Notes under the pieces: model-generated | What the model was told of the DNA's origin: nothing | The model's input: the letters and a program-made list of their open reading frames with translations, nothing else | Database searches by the model: none | Position numbers and translations under genes: made by a program | NCBI GenBank assembly: GCA_965208125.1 | Contig: OZ242320.1 | Coordinates: forward strand, 3,712,001 to 3,776,000 | Source of the DNA: Candidatus Latescibacterota bacterium | Lineage (GTDB): Bacteria > Latescibacterota > UBA2968 | Direction of reading: 5' to 3' | DNA: 64,000 nucleotides | Part shown: piece after piece, positions 28,569 through 38,589 of the stretch | Position numbering within the stretch: position 1 is the stretch's first letter | Layout: each line of letters starts with the position of its first letter

Positions 28569-30743
28569 TCACAACAAAGTTCCCTGGACGGGTTCTTCAA
28601 CAATTCCTGCTCGAATGCGCTGAGATAGGGTTGTGTGTCGTTCTGCAACCCGGTTGTTGCGAACAGCCATCCCCAGGGCTTGTTTTGTGCCTACCAGAAC
28701 GACCAGTTCTCGCGCCCGCGTAATGGCGGTGTACAACAGGTTGCGCTGTAACATCATATAGTGTTGCGTGGTCAAAGGCATGACTACGACGCGAAATTCA
28801 GCGCCCTGGCTCTTGTGTACACTCATGGCATAGGCCAGCACCAACTCGTCTAATTCCGAAAACTCGTACTCCACGACGCGGTCCTGAAACCGCACGCGCA
28901 ATATATCGTCCTCTATTCCCTGGACGTGCCCAATATCACCGTTAAAAACATCGCGGTCGTAGTTATTTCGCACCTGCATTACTTTGTCGCTCACCCGAAA
29001 GCGGATACCGCCGCGCGTCATCTCCTGTCCTTTGGGATTTAACTCGTCTTGCAAGACCTGGTTGAGATTGTTCGCGCCGGTTTCCCCTCGATACATCGGC
29101 ACGAGTACTTGAATATCTTCAATACTGTCCAACCGATATGTGCGCGGCAAACGTGCAGCACACAATCCACAAACCATCTCGACGACCTGATTGGGTTCCG
29201 AGACTTCGAGAAAAAAGAAATCCGCATCGCGATCATTTTGCACGTATGGCATTTCGCCGCGGTTGATCGCGTGGGCATTGGTAATGATGCGGCTCGTTTG
29301 TGCCTGCCGAAAGATCTCGTTGAGTTCCACGACTTCGACAATGCCAGATGCAATGACGTCCTTCAACACATTTCCCGCGCCGACCGATGGCAACTGATCG
29401 ACATCGCCTACCAGGACCACCGAAGCACTGATTGGTACAGCGCGCAATAGACTGTTCATCAGAACCGTATCGACCATGGATATTTCATCGACAATCAGGG
29501 CTTCGATCTCCAGAGGGTTATTAAAATTTTTTTCAAACACCATTTCAGATGGACTAAATTTCAGCAATCTGTGGATGGTTTTGGCCTCATACCCGGTTGC
29601 CTCAGACATCCGCTTGGCCGCGCGTCCTGTCGGTGCTGCCAGTGCGATTGTTTTTTTTCGCGCCTCTAAAAGTGCGATGAGTCCCTTAATGGTCGTTGTT
29701 TTACCCGTTCCCGGGCCGCCCGTCAATACCAGTAAATTGTGTGACAATGCCTTTTCCAATGCCAATTTCTGACGGGGTGCGAATGTTACTTCATCTCGCT
29801 GTTCTATGGCTTTGATCTCTGCAGGGATATTGCCCAATTCAATGCGTTGCACTTGAGATAATTGATAGCACCGCGTTGCAGCACCTTGCTCGGCATAGTA
29901 TAAATGTGGCAAATACACCCGCTTGTCATCAACGACTATCGATTCTTCGGAGAGCAATTGCGCCACGCACGGTGCGATTGCATCAACGGGTACATCGAGT
30001 GCTTCGGCACACGATTCAATGAGCGCCTCTTCGGGCAAGAAAACATGTCCTTCTTTGTCTGCAGCTTCATTGAGTACATGCAAAAGACCGGCCTGAATGC
30101 GCCGGTTTGAATGTGCGGGTATGCCCATTTTTTGCGCGATGCGGTCTGCTGTCAAAAATCCAATGCCCCAAACATCTACCGATAGGCGATAGGGATTTTC
30201 CCGAATTAATTCAATGGCTTCATGCCCGTACCGCTTCCATATTTTTACGGCGTATCCCGTGCCCACTTCGTGCGATTGCAAGAATAGCATTACATTGTGA
30301 ATTTCGCGCTGGTCTTCCCAGGCTTTGATAATCCACTCTGCGCGTTTTGCTCCTAATCCCTCGACTTCGACCAATCGTTTGGGGGCGCTTTCAATGACAT
30401 CAAGAGCTTCTTTGCCAAAGTGATCCACAATCCGCTTTGCCGTGACGGGTCCGATGCCTTTGATCAATCCCGATCCCAAATACCGCCGCATTCCCTCTAC
30501 TGTAGATGGATGCACGGTCTGGTAGGATTCAATTTTGAACTGTGCGCCATATTGCTTATGGGTTGTCCATTCGCCTTCCAAAATCACGGTCTCGCCCGGG
30601 TTGATCGACAGCATTTCGCCCACAATGGTCGCCAGACGGTTGTTGTATGCGGCAGATCCCTCTACCTGCAAACGGGCAACTATGTATCCATTTTCTTCAT
30701 TTTGAAATGTAATGCGATCCACAATTCCGCGAAGCTGAGCCAT
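28569..30743 (-). CDS. recD2: ATP-dependent RecD-like helicase
   Basis: YLGSGLIKGIG HhH, GGPGTGKTT, APTGRAAKR, SVHKSQGAEF, YTAITRA. Confidence 0.95.
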   Translation of the reverse strand: MAQLRGIVDRITFQNEENGYIVARLQVEGSAAYNNRLATIVGEMLSINPGETVILEGEWTTHKQYGAQFKIESYQTVHPSTVEGMRRYLGSGLIKGIGPVTAKRIVDHFGKEALDVIESAPKRLVEVEGLGAKRAEWIIKAWEDQREIHNVMLFLQSHEVGTGYAVKIWKRYGHEAIELIRENPYRLSVDVWGIGFLTADRIAQKMGIPAHSNRRIQAGLLHVLNEAADKEGHVFLPEEALIESCAEALDVPVDAIAPCVAQLLSEESIVVDDKRVYLPHLYYAEQGAATRCYQLSQVQRIELGNIPAEIKAIEQRDEVTFAPRQKLALEKALSHNLLVLTGGPGTGKTTTIKGLIALLEARKKTIALAAPTGRAAKRMSEATGYEAKTIHRLLKFSPSEMVFEKNFNNPLEIEALIVDEISMVDTVLMNSLLRAVPISASVVLVGDVDQLPSVGAGNVLKDVIASGIVEVVELNEIFRQAQTSRIITNAHAINRGEMPYVQNDRDADFFFLEVSEPNQVVEMVCGLCAARLPRTYRLDSIEDIQVLVPMYRGETGANNLNQVLQDELNPKGQEMTRGGIRFRVSDKVMQVRNNYDRDVFNGDIGHVQGIEDDILRVRFQDRVVEYEFSELDELVLAYAMSVHKSQGAEFRVVVMPLTTQHYMMLQRNLLYTAITRARELVVLVGTKQALGMAVRNNRVAERHTTLSQRIRAGIVEEPVQGTLL

Positions 30744-30795
30744 ATAAAACCTCGGCGAACATGTTCTCCCATCACACAATCGGAGTAGTAGAAGA

Positions 30796-30824
30796 ATTAT
30801 ACGACACTTGCCGCGGTTTTACAA
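30796..30824 (-). promoter_or_regulatory. Sigma70-type promoter of recD2
   Basis: TTGTAA-17 nt-TATAAT on the minus strand. Confidence 0.6.
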
Positions 30825-30912
30825 GTTGTATCAAATTTGCAGTACACAAAATGTATAAAATCCGTATATTGTTGAAACACAACATTTAACGGCTACGTCA
30901 CAACGGAAAAGA

Positions 30913-31135
30913 GGTTGGCCCAAAAGCATTGACACACCGCATGTACCTGTCGGTGTGATCTGGGGTCCTCGCGCCGTCCCGCCAAGAACTCGCGCGAGGG
31001 CCTTTCTTTTTGGTATATAAAATAGTTGCCTTCGGGCCAACCGCATCACAACTTAAATTTTTTTATGAAAAACAAAAAGCACCTGCTCGTCCCTCCACCA
31101 AATCGTCAAATTTGACGTAAGGAACAGGCAGGTGC
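30913..31135. ncRNA. Candidate structured RNA region (unclassified)
   Basis: Outer stem 30913-30928/31027-31042; inner hairpins 30933-30957 and 30964-31002 (followed by a T-tract); second long hairpin 31079-31135. Confidence 0.4.
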
Positions 31136-31242
31136 CTCGTGGACTGGTATGGCAACGCTGCTGAAACGCTGTGCATTTCGAAAATATTGTTTTTTTCACA
31201 GGCCAGTCGGCGAAAAATATAGCCAATCTTATATTTGAGGTC

Positions 31243-31324
31243 AAGGGAGAAGTGTGAAGGAAGAAGTGTGAAAAGAAGTGTGAAGGGAGAAAATTCCGCC
31301 GTTGGAGCGGCATCCCTGCCGCGA
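31243..31324 (+). repeat. AGAAGTGTGAA tandem repeat plus degenerate REP-like hairpin
   Basis: Three copies of agaagtgtgaa, then gttggagcggca-tccc-tgccgcga. Confidence 0.65.
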
Positions 31325-31360
31325 ATTTGAAAAAATAAGTAGAAATATGAGGATAAAAAG

Positions 31361-31981
31361 ATGAAGCAGTTTCTTATCGTTATTTTGCTCGGATTAACAT
31401 GGACGGCTCATGCTGAAGAAGATCGCAAGACGATTTTGTTTTTAGGAGATAGCCTGACTGCAGGTTATGGTCTGGATAAAACGCAGGCTTTTCCCGCGCT
31501 GATTCAGGCAAAGATCGATTCGCTCGGGTGGGGGGGTGATGTGATCAATGGTGGACTGAGTGGCGAAACATCGGCGGGAGGGCTGCGGCGGGTCAACTGG
31601 TTGCTGCGGCGAAAAATCGATGTGCTGGTGCTGGCATTGGGGGGCAACGATGGTTTGCGGGGGATTCCCACGACTGAAATGCGGCAAAATTTGCAGGGAA
31701 TTATAGATCGCGCAAAAGAGAAGTATCCAGATATTCAAATCGCGCTTGTGGGTATTGAAGCACCACCAAATTTGGGAGATGCATATACGACGGCTTTCCG
31801 CGCAGTGTTCCCGGCTCTATCTGAAAAAAATCGCGTACTTTTGATACCCTTTTTATTGGAAGGTGTTGGTGGGATTCCAGAACTGAATCTGCCAGACCGC
31901 ATTCATCCCAATGCTGCAGGACATCGGATTATAGCAGAAACCGTGTGGCGCGCGCTTAAACCGGTTCTGGAAAAGTGGTGA
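31361..31981 (+). CDS. tesA: Arylesterase / acyl-CoA thioesterase I (SGNH family)
   Basis: Signal peptide, GDSLTAGYG, GGNDGLRG, DRIHPN. Confidence 0.9.
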   Translation: MKQFLIVILLGLTWTAHAEEDRKTILFLGDSLTAGYGLDKTQAFPALIQAKIDSLGWGGDVINGGLSGETSAGGLRRVNWLLRRKIDVLVLALGGNDGLRGIPTTEMRQNLQGIIDRAKEKYPDIQIALVGIEAPPNLGDAYTTAFRAVFPALSEKNRVLLIPFLLEGVGGIPELNLPDRIHPNAAGHRIIAETVWRALKPVLEKW

Positions 31982-32010
31982 GAGGTAAGAAGTGAGAATT
32001 CAGCTATTCT

Positions 32011-34572
32011 TCACACTTCGCTTCGCAAAATTTCGAGTGGAGGGCGGTCAGCTATGCCGCGGCTGTTGAGCATGCCGACAAAGATGGTGAGCGCGGTGAC
32101 GAGAGCAAAGACACCGGCTATGGCCGCAGTGGGCAGGGCAAAGTGGATGTCGAAAATAAAGACGGTGACAGCCCAGGCACCGCCAATAGAGAGTATGAGT
32201 CCTGTCAGGGTAGCGAGTGCGCCCAGGAAGGTGTATTCCAGCAAGAGTATGCGGCGAATCTGTTTTTGAGATGCCCCCAAAGTGCGCAGCAAAACGGCTT
32301 CTTGAATGCGTTGATAACGGCTGGTGGTGACTGCGGCAGTTAGCACTATGAGTCCGGTAATCACACTAAAGAGTGCCATGAAGCGCACGACAAAGGCAAT
32401 TTGTGAGAGTACATCGTCAACGGTTTTGAGAATGAGGCCGAGGTCCACAGCCGAGACATTGGGGTATTGTTGAACCAGGGTGCGCTGCAACATAGCAGAT
32501 TGTTCCGTTGTGTTGATGCGCGTGGTCAAGACGTGAAACTGGGGAGCGGTTTCGAGTACGCCTTTGGGAAAGACGATGAAAAAGTTTGGCTGGATGCGCT
32601 GCCAATCGACTTCTCGCAGGCTTTGTACTGTGGTCTGAACGGGCACGCCCTGGATGTCAAAGGTCAGGGTATCGCCAAGCGAGACGCGAAGCGAGCGGGC
32701 AATGTCGCGCTCAAAAGAAATGGGGATGGGTTCTTCTGTCCATGTTGCATCGATCCAGGTGCCGCCTACAAGACGTTCTGAATCAAAGAGGTGATTTCGA
32801 TAGGTCGAGCGGTATTCGCGTTGAATTGCCCAGCGCCGCACATCGTGTATTCTGCCATAGGAACGCGCCTCTTGACCTTTGATGCTCTTCAGGCGCATGG
32901 TGACGATGGGGGCATGGTGGATGACGGGTAGGCTCTGTTTGCGAAGCAACGCGCTCACGCCTTCAATCTGATCGGTTTGCACATCGACGAGTACAAAGTT
33001 GGGACGGTTGTCACTCCCCGCGATGGCAATCTGAGCGAGCAGGGCGTGTTGCACAATATAGAGCGTGGTGATGAGAAAGGTGCCCAGGCCCAGTGCGAGC
33101 ATGAGAATTACGGTTTGATTGTGCGGACGGTAGAGATTGGCCAGGCCCTGTCGCCATACGTATTGCCAGGTTGTGGGAAAGAAGCGGCGAACGGTTTTGA
33201 TGATGAGCCAAGATGCGCCTATGAGCAGTCCAAAGGCAATGCCAAACCCGATGGCAATGCCAATCCCAATGAGGATACTTCTGGTTTGCACAATGCCCAG
33301 TCCCGCGACTATGAGACAGATCCCACAGATGGTCATCAATTGCAGGGGATCTATTTGGGATCGTGTGTTTTCAAAAGATGCCCGCAAGGTGTGCAGAGGC
33401 GATGTTCGACGTATCGGCAATAGAGGGAGCAATGCAAAGAGTAGCGACAGACTCAGGCCAATGCCAGTGCCCTGAATGATCGCCCAATAGGAAAACTGAA
33501 TATCGAGTTCAATGGGGAGGATTTGTGCGAGAACACCGGGCAAGAGATACTGAATACCCACACCGAGGAGAGAACCGCATCCCGTACCAATAAGACCCAG
33601 CGCAATGGCCTGGATGGCGTAAATACAGAGGACCTGGTTCGATTGCGCGCCCATGCAGCGCAGGATGGCGACGGTTGTTATTTTTTGGCGCGTGTAAACG
33701 TGAATGGCACTGGCAACGCCGATACATCCGAGTAAGAGAGCGGCAAAGGCGACAAGACTGAGAAAGATATAGAGATTATCCAATATGCGATTGAGGCGTC
33801 TTTGACGGCTGACAACGGTTTCGGTACGCAAGTTTTGATCCCCGCGATAGGGGCGAAGTTCGCGCTGGATGGATCCGATTCTCGTGCTGCTATCAAACTT
33901 AAAATAGGCCATATAAGACGCCAGGCTGCCAAATTTGATGAGGCCCGTTTTATCGAGATGCGATAAAGGGATGTACACACGCGGTGCCACTGTGGCAAAG
34001 GCCATGGCCTCGCCCGATATTTTTGTGATGCGTCCGCCTATGACAAAGGTGTGGTTGCCAATTCGCACGGAATCGCCGACCTGAACCCCAAATTGGACGA
34101 GCAAGCCTTCGTCGAGTAGCGCGTGATGGGTTTGCTGAAAGGTCTTCGCCGCTTCTGATGGATTGGTTTCAAATGTGCCGTAATAGGGAAAGTCGCCTTG
34201 TAATGCGCGCACCTGTACCAGGCGGGTTCCGCCGTTTTTGGGAAAGAAGACCATCGAGGCAAAGCGCACTTCTCGGGATTGCTCCCCACCCCATGAGTTG
34301 AATAGGGAATCAATCGCGGGCGCAAAAGCGCGCTGGCTGCTGACGCTCAAATCAGCGCCTAAAAGTGTGCGCGCTTCGTTTTCGACAACGCGTTGCAAAT
34401 TATCGCCCAGAGCGCGAACTGCTACGAGGCCCCCCACGCCGAGCAATATGCAGGAAATAAAGAGCAGCAATCGGCGGCGATACGTGCGGCTATCGCGCCA
34501 TGCCATGCGCCAGGTCCAGGCGTTGAAGAGTGGGCTGGCGGTCTGATTCTTAATGCTGGTGATTCGATCCAT
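32011..34572 (-). CDS. YbbP-type ABC transporter permease (two FtsX domains)
   Basis: AWRDSR, LLGADL, LREVDW..QPNFF, LRTLGAS. Confidence 0.88.
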   Translation of the reverse strand: MDRITSIKNQTASPLFNAWTWRMAWRDSRTYRRRLLLFISCILLGVGGLVAVRALGDNLQRVVENEARTLLGADLSVSSQRAFAPAIDSLFNSWGGEQSREVRFASMVFFPKNGGTRLVQVRALQGDFPYYGTFETNPSEAAKTFQQTHHALLDEGLLVQFGVQVGDSVRIGNHTFVIGGRITKISGEAMAFATVAPRVYIPLSHLDKTGLIKFGSLASYMAYFKFDSSTRIGSIQRELRPYRGDQNLRTETVVSRQRRLNRILDNLYIFLSLVAFAALLLGCIGVASAIHVYTRQKITTVAILRCMGAQSNQVLCIYAIQAIALGLIGTGCGSLLGVGIQYLLPGVLAQILPIELDIQFSYWAIIQGTGIGLSLSLLFALLPLLPIRRTSPLHTLRASFENTRSQIDPLQLMTICGICLIVAGLGIVQTRSILIGIGIAIGFGIAFGLLIGASWLIIKTVRRFFPTTWQYVWRQGLANLYRPHNQTVILMLALGLGTFLITTLYIVQHALLAQIAIAGSDNRPNFVLVDVQTDQIEGVSALLRKQSLPVIHHAPIVTMRLKSIKGQEARSYGRIHDVRRWAIQREYRSTYRNHLFDSERLVGGTWIDATWTEEPIPISFERDIARSLRVSLGDTLTFDIQGVPVQTTVQSLREVDWQRIQPNFFIVFPKGVLETAPQFHVLTTRINTTEQSAMLQRTLVQQYPNVSAVDLGLILKTVDDVLSQIAFVVRFMALFSVITGLIVLTAAVTTSRYQRIQEAVLLRTLGASQKQIRRILLLEYTFLGALATLTGLILSIGGAWAVTVFIFDIHFALPTAAIAGVFALVTALTIFVGMLNSRGIADRPPLEILRSEV

Positions 34573-34602
34573 GGTAAAAATTAAGAATTGGAAATGGGGA
34601 GG

Positions 34603-34640
34603 GTATCCTGTTCATCCTTTAATCCTGCACATCCCGATCT
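34603..34640. repeat. ATCCT-based short repeat at a gene junction
   Basis: tatcctgttcatcctttaatcctgcacatcccgatc overlapping the stop of the ATPase gene. Confidence 0.55.
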
Positions 34641-35308
34641 ACTCTGCCACCTTGCAAGTGGATGATGCGTTGCGTGCGTGCGGCGATATCGTGATCGTGC
34701 GTGACGAGGATGAGGGTTGTGCCCGCTTCGCGGTTGAGGTCAAAGAGCAGATTGGCAATAGTATGACTGGTATCGGCGTCGAGGTTGCCCGTGGGCTCGT
34801 CGGCAAATAAGATGCTCGGTCGGTTGATAAAGGCGCGTGCAATACCCACGCGCTGTTGTTCGCCACCCGAAAGCTGGGTGGGATAATGCATCAAGCGGTC
34901 GCCCAATCCCACGCGGTCGAGCAATTCTCTCGCTTCGCCAAACACACCGTTTTGACCGCGTAGTTCGAGGGGGACCGCGACATTTTCAATGGCGGTGAGG
35001 GTGGGGATGAGTTGAAAGCTCTGAAAGACAAAGCCCACGTATTCGTTTCGCACGGCTGCGCGTTGGTCTTCGTCGAGGCTGTCGAGGGCCATGCTGTGAA
35101 GGGTGACTGTTCCAGATGTTGGGCGATCAAGGCCAGCACATAATCCGAGTAGCGTGGTTTTTCCACTGCCCGAAGGCCCTACTATCGCACAGGTTTGGCC
35201 TTTGGGAATGGTGAAAGTGACGTTGTCTAAAACGGTGAGGGGATGCCCTCCGCTCGTGTAGGTGCGGGTGAGGTTTTGAACTGCGAGGGCTGCTTTTGGA
35301 TGGCTCAT
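34619..35308 (-). CDS. YbbA-type ABC transporter ATP-binding protein
   Basis: [27 protein letters not shown]. Confidence 0.92.
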   Translation of the reverse strand: MSHPKAALAVQNLTRTYTSGGHPLTVLDNVTFTIPKGQTCAIVGPSGSGKTTLLGLCAGLDRPTSGTVTLHSMALDSLDEDQRAAVRNEYVGFVFQSFQLIPTLTAIENVAVPLELRGQNGVFGEARELLDRVGLGDRLMHYPTQLSGGEQQRVGIARAFINRPSILFADEPTGNLDADTSHTIANLLFDLNREAGTTLILVTHDHDIAARTQRIIHLQGGRVDRDVQD

Positions 35309-35465
35309 AGGTTATTAAAAAAGGTGAAATGTGAGATGTAAGAGGCGAGACTGTTCCCAGTCCCCGTACAAAGCTGCTTGCGTCTCTGGTTCTAATTCTT
35401 ACCTTTGTGAGACCCCAAAACATAACATAGAGTTCCATTATGTGCAAAAAATGAGTGGAGGAGAC

Positions 35466-36650
35466 ATGCGAGCTGAGATTGTGATGATTGGAACGGAGTT
35501 GTTGTTGGGTGAAATTGTAGATACCAATGCCACGATGTTTGCCAAAGCGCTACGCGATATTGGAATGGATTTGTTGTATAAAACGACTGTGGGAGACAAT
35601 GAAGATCGGATTGTGAACGTTTTGGATATTGCGCTGGATCGGTCAGATGTGATTCTGACATCAGGGGGTATTGGTCCTACGGTGGATGATATGACGCGGC
35701 AATGTGTGGCGCGTGCAACGGGACGCAAGCTCGTTTACAGTAAGGTATTGGAAAATCAGATTGCGTCGCGGTTTCGCAATTTTGGCCGCGAGATGGCAGA
35801 TAATAACAAGCGACAGGCGTATATTCCCCAAGGCGCTATGCCCCTGGAAAATCCCATGGGCACGGCACCTTGTTTTTTGAGTGAAGATGCCCAAGGGCGC
35901 GGCTGTGTGATTTCGCTTCCGGGGGTGCCGCGGGAATTGGATTATATGTTGCACAAGGTCGTGATTCCGATTTTGATTGACCGCATGGGCGGGAGCAAAA
36001 TTACAAAGGTACGTGTGTTGCGAACTTGTGCGGTGGGCGAGAGCAATATTGATCGCACAATTGGGGATCTGATGACTGAGAGCAATCCAACGGTGGGATT
36101 GGCGGCGCATGCTGGGCAGACTGATGTGCGCGTGGCGGCGAAAGCGGATACAGAGGAAGATGCCGATGCGTTAATCGCGCCGATGGAAGCGGAACTCAGG
36201 AAGCGGTTGGGGGTTGCGATTTACGGTACGGGGAAAGAGACAGTGGCCGAGGTTGTGGGCGATTTGTTGCGGGAAAAAGGGTTGAAGATTGGGGTGGTGG
36301 ATACGCTGACAGACGGCCAAATCGTGCGGGAGTTCGAAGAGAATGGCGCAGGTGATGTGGTGGCCGCGCAAAGAGATGCTAATATGGATGGACAGGATGA
36401 CCCTCGCGCTTTGACCGAAGCGATGGCTCAGGAGGTTGCGCCCGAAGGTGGCGTGGGGCTGGCGATGGTTGGTCCTTATGAAGGTGGCGCGACGTTTATG
36501 GCTGTCTATGGATCTGATCCACAAGCGCGAACGTGTATTGCAAGTCGCCGCTTTCAGGATTCGGATCATATCCGCCGATGGTTGGTGATTCAGGGTTTGG
36601 ATCTGGTGCGCCGGGCGGTGTTGGGCAAGTTGGCTTCGCCAGCAGATTGA
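35466..36650 (+). CDS. cinA: CinA family protein (MocF-like N-domain, degenerate PncC domain)
   Basis: IGTELLLGEIVDTN, VGDN, GGIGPTVDDMTR, LPGVPRE. Confidence 0.85.
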   Translation: MRAEIVMIGTELLLGEIVDTNATMFAKALRDIGMDLLYKTTVGDNEDRIVNVLDIALDRSDVILTSGGIGPTVDDMTRQCVARATGRKLVYSKVLENQIASRFRNFGREMADNNKRQAYIPQGAMPLENPMGTAPCFLSEDAQGRGCVISLPGVPRELDYMLHKVVIPILIDRMGGSKITKVRVLRTCAVGESNIDRTIGDLMTESNPTVGLAAHAGQTDVRVAAKADTEEDADALIAPMEAELRKRLGVAIYGTGKETVAEVVGDLLREKGLKIGVVDTLTDGQIVREFEENGAGDVVAAQRDANMDGQDDPRALTEAMAQEVAPEGGVGLAMVGPYEGGATFMAVYGSDPQARTCIASRRFQDSDHIRRWLVIQGLDLVRRAVLGKLASPAD

Positions 36651-36674
36651 GTTTGAATAAATGGGAGGGCTGTA

Positions 36675-37718
36675 GTGCAAAACGATGAGTCTTTGTCTTA
36701 TTCAAAGAGTGGCGTCAATATTGATGAAACAGATGCTGTTAAAAGAGATATGGCTTCAAATATCGGGCGCGGGGATTCGAGAGTGCTCAATAAATTGGGG
36801 GCCTTCGGCAGTCTGGTTGATGGCCGTTTTGAGGGGTATGATCACCCCATTCTCGTGCTAAAAACCGAGGAGCCTGGTTCGAAGCAAAAGTTGGCGTTTG
36901 AACACGGAAGTGTCACGTCTATTGCCTATGATTTGGTCAATCATTTGATCAACGATATTATCGTTATGGGTGCGGATCCCTTTTATTTGCAAGATTGTAT
37001 TGTCTGCGGCAAACTCGATCCCCCTGTTGTCAAAGCACTCGTTGGTGGAATTGCCGATGCTTGCGAGGCACAGGGATGTACATTGACAGGTGGAGAAACA
37101 TCAGTTCAGCCAGGGGTTGTGGAAGATGGGGTGTATATTCTCAGTGCTTCGGCTATTGGGGTTGTCGATAAGGACAGTATTATTGATGGCTCTGAGATAG
37201 AGGAGGGGGATGCGGTTCTCGCGCTTGCATCCAATGGACTGCATACCAATGGCTATACACTTGTCAGGGCATTGTTGAAGAATAAGCCAGAGTTGATAGA
37301 TCGGGATATTCAAGGAGTGTCTTTTCTCGATATGATTTTGCGCCCACATCAGTGTTATTATCAACCTCTGAAGGGTCTGTTTAAGGATGAGGGGTTAAAG
37401 GGGATGGCACATATTACAGGTGGCGGTATCCAGGATAATCTGTCCCGCATTCTTCCCGAGACCTGTCAGGCTGTAATCGACCTTTCGTTACTCCAAATTC
37501 TCCCCGTCTTCAAAACGATTCGCGCAGAGGGTTTGGTTCCAGAAGACGATATGCTGAGAACTTTTAATATGGGTGTGGGGATGACGCTTGTGTGCGCCCA
37601 AAATTCTGTGGCGAGGATTAAGGCTCAGTTGCAAAGTACGGGATGCCAGGCGTATCCAATTGGGCGCATTGTCAACGGCGAGAAAGGCGTTGCGTTCACG
37701 GGAAAAGTTCAGTGGTGA
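36675..37718 (+). CDS. purM: Phosphoribosylformylglycinamidine cyclo-ligase (AIR synthase)
   Basis: YSKSGVNI, GGETS, SNGLHTNGY, AHITGGG, TFNMGVG. Confidence 0.92.
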   Translation: MQNDESLSYSKSGVNIDETDAVKRDMASNIGRGDSRVLNKLGAFGSLVDGRFEGYDHPILVLKTEEPGSKQKLAFEHGSVTSIAYDLVNHLINDIIVMGADPFYLQDCIVCGKLDPPVVKALVGGIADACEAQGCTLTGGETSVQPGVVEDGVYILSASAIGVVDKDSIIDGSEIEEGDAVLALASNGLHTNGYTLVRALLKNKPELIDRDIQGVSFLDMILRPHQCYYQPLKGLFKDEGLKGMAHITGGGIQDNLSRILPETCQAVIDLSLLQILPVFKTIRAEGLVPEDDMLRTFNMGVGMTLVCAQNSVARIKAQLQSTGCQAYPIGRIVNGEKGVAFTGKVQW

Positions 37719-37731
37719 AAGGAGATAAATC

Positions 37732-38580
37732 GTGGACACACCATATCGCACCATCGACGTGAAACCACTATCTGGGGCACTCGGCGCTGAAATTGAAGGC
37801 GTTGACGTTGCGTCGGGGATCGGTGAGGAACAATTCGCTGAAATCTATCGGGCCTTTGCGGATTATAGCGTGATTCTCTTTCGCAATCAGTCCCTCACAC
37901 AGGAACAACACATCGTATTTGCCCGACGCTGGGGAGATATCAATGTCAACCGGTTTTTTACGGGTGTAGCGGAAAATCCCATTATTGCCGAGGTGCGAAA
38001 AGAACCCGATCAGGAAACCAATATTGGGCGCAACTGGCACACTGATCATTCTTACGATACCATTCCCGCACTCGGCTCGATTCTCTATGCACGCGAGGTT
38101 CCCGAGTTTGGTGGTGATACGATGTTTGCCAGTATGTACAGGGCTTACGAAACCCTCTCGCCAGGGTTGCGGAAAACGCTCGAAAACTTAAATGCTCTAC
38201 ACTCCAGCCGACATGTTTTTGGAGCTATGAACGGCAGAAAGCCCGATCAAAGCGGTCGGATTGGCAATCCCGAACTCGCCACGCAGGATGCTGTTCATCC
38301 CCTGATCATAAGGCATCCCATCTCAGGTCGCAAAGCACTTTACGTAAATCCCATATTCACCGTTCAAATTGAGGGGTGGACAAAAGAAGAGTCCCAACCT
38401 CTGCTTCAGTATTTGTACCAGCACGCTTCCCACCCGGATTTTACATGCCGTATTCGCTGGGAAAAAGATGCCCTCGCTATCTGGGATAACCGCGCGACCT
38501 GGCATTGTGCTCTCAATGATTATCAGGGACAGCGACGCCTCATGCACCGCATCACGGTTGAAGGTGTGCCGTTAAGTTAG
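37732..38580 (+). CDS. TauD/TfdA Fe(II)/2-oxoglutarate dioxygenase
   Basis: LGAEIEGVD, WHTDHSY, GGDTMF, WDNRATWH, MHR. Confidence 0.92.
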   Translation: MDTPYRTIDVKPLSGALGAEIEGVDVASGIGEEQFAEIYRAFADYSVILFRNQSLTQEQHIVFARRWGDINVNRFFTGVAENPIIAEVRKEPDQETNIGRNWHTDHSYDTIPALGSILYAREVPEFGGDTMFASMYRAYETLSPGLRKTLENLNALHSSRHVFGAMNGRKPDQSGRIGNPELATQDAVHPLIIRHPISGRKALYVNPIFTVQIEGWTKEESQPLLQYLYQHASHPDFTCRIRWEKDALAIWDNRATWHCALNDYQGQRRLMHRITVEGVPLS

Positions 38581-38589
38581 GAGTAGCTC

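Noticed and set aside
31243-31292. Possible CRISPR array
   Set aside because: Units are 12-14 bp with no unique spacers, and no cas genes are present.
35331-35465. Long N-terminal extensions in the ORF track (also 14576, 16294, 39870, 42460, 52679)
   Set aside because: Homology and, where present, an RBS begin at downstream starts; the extensions overlap other genes or intergenic repeats.
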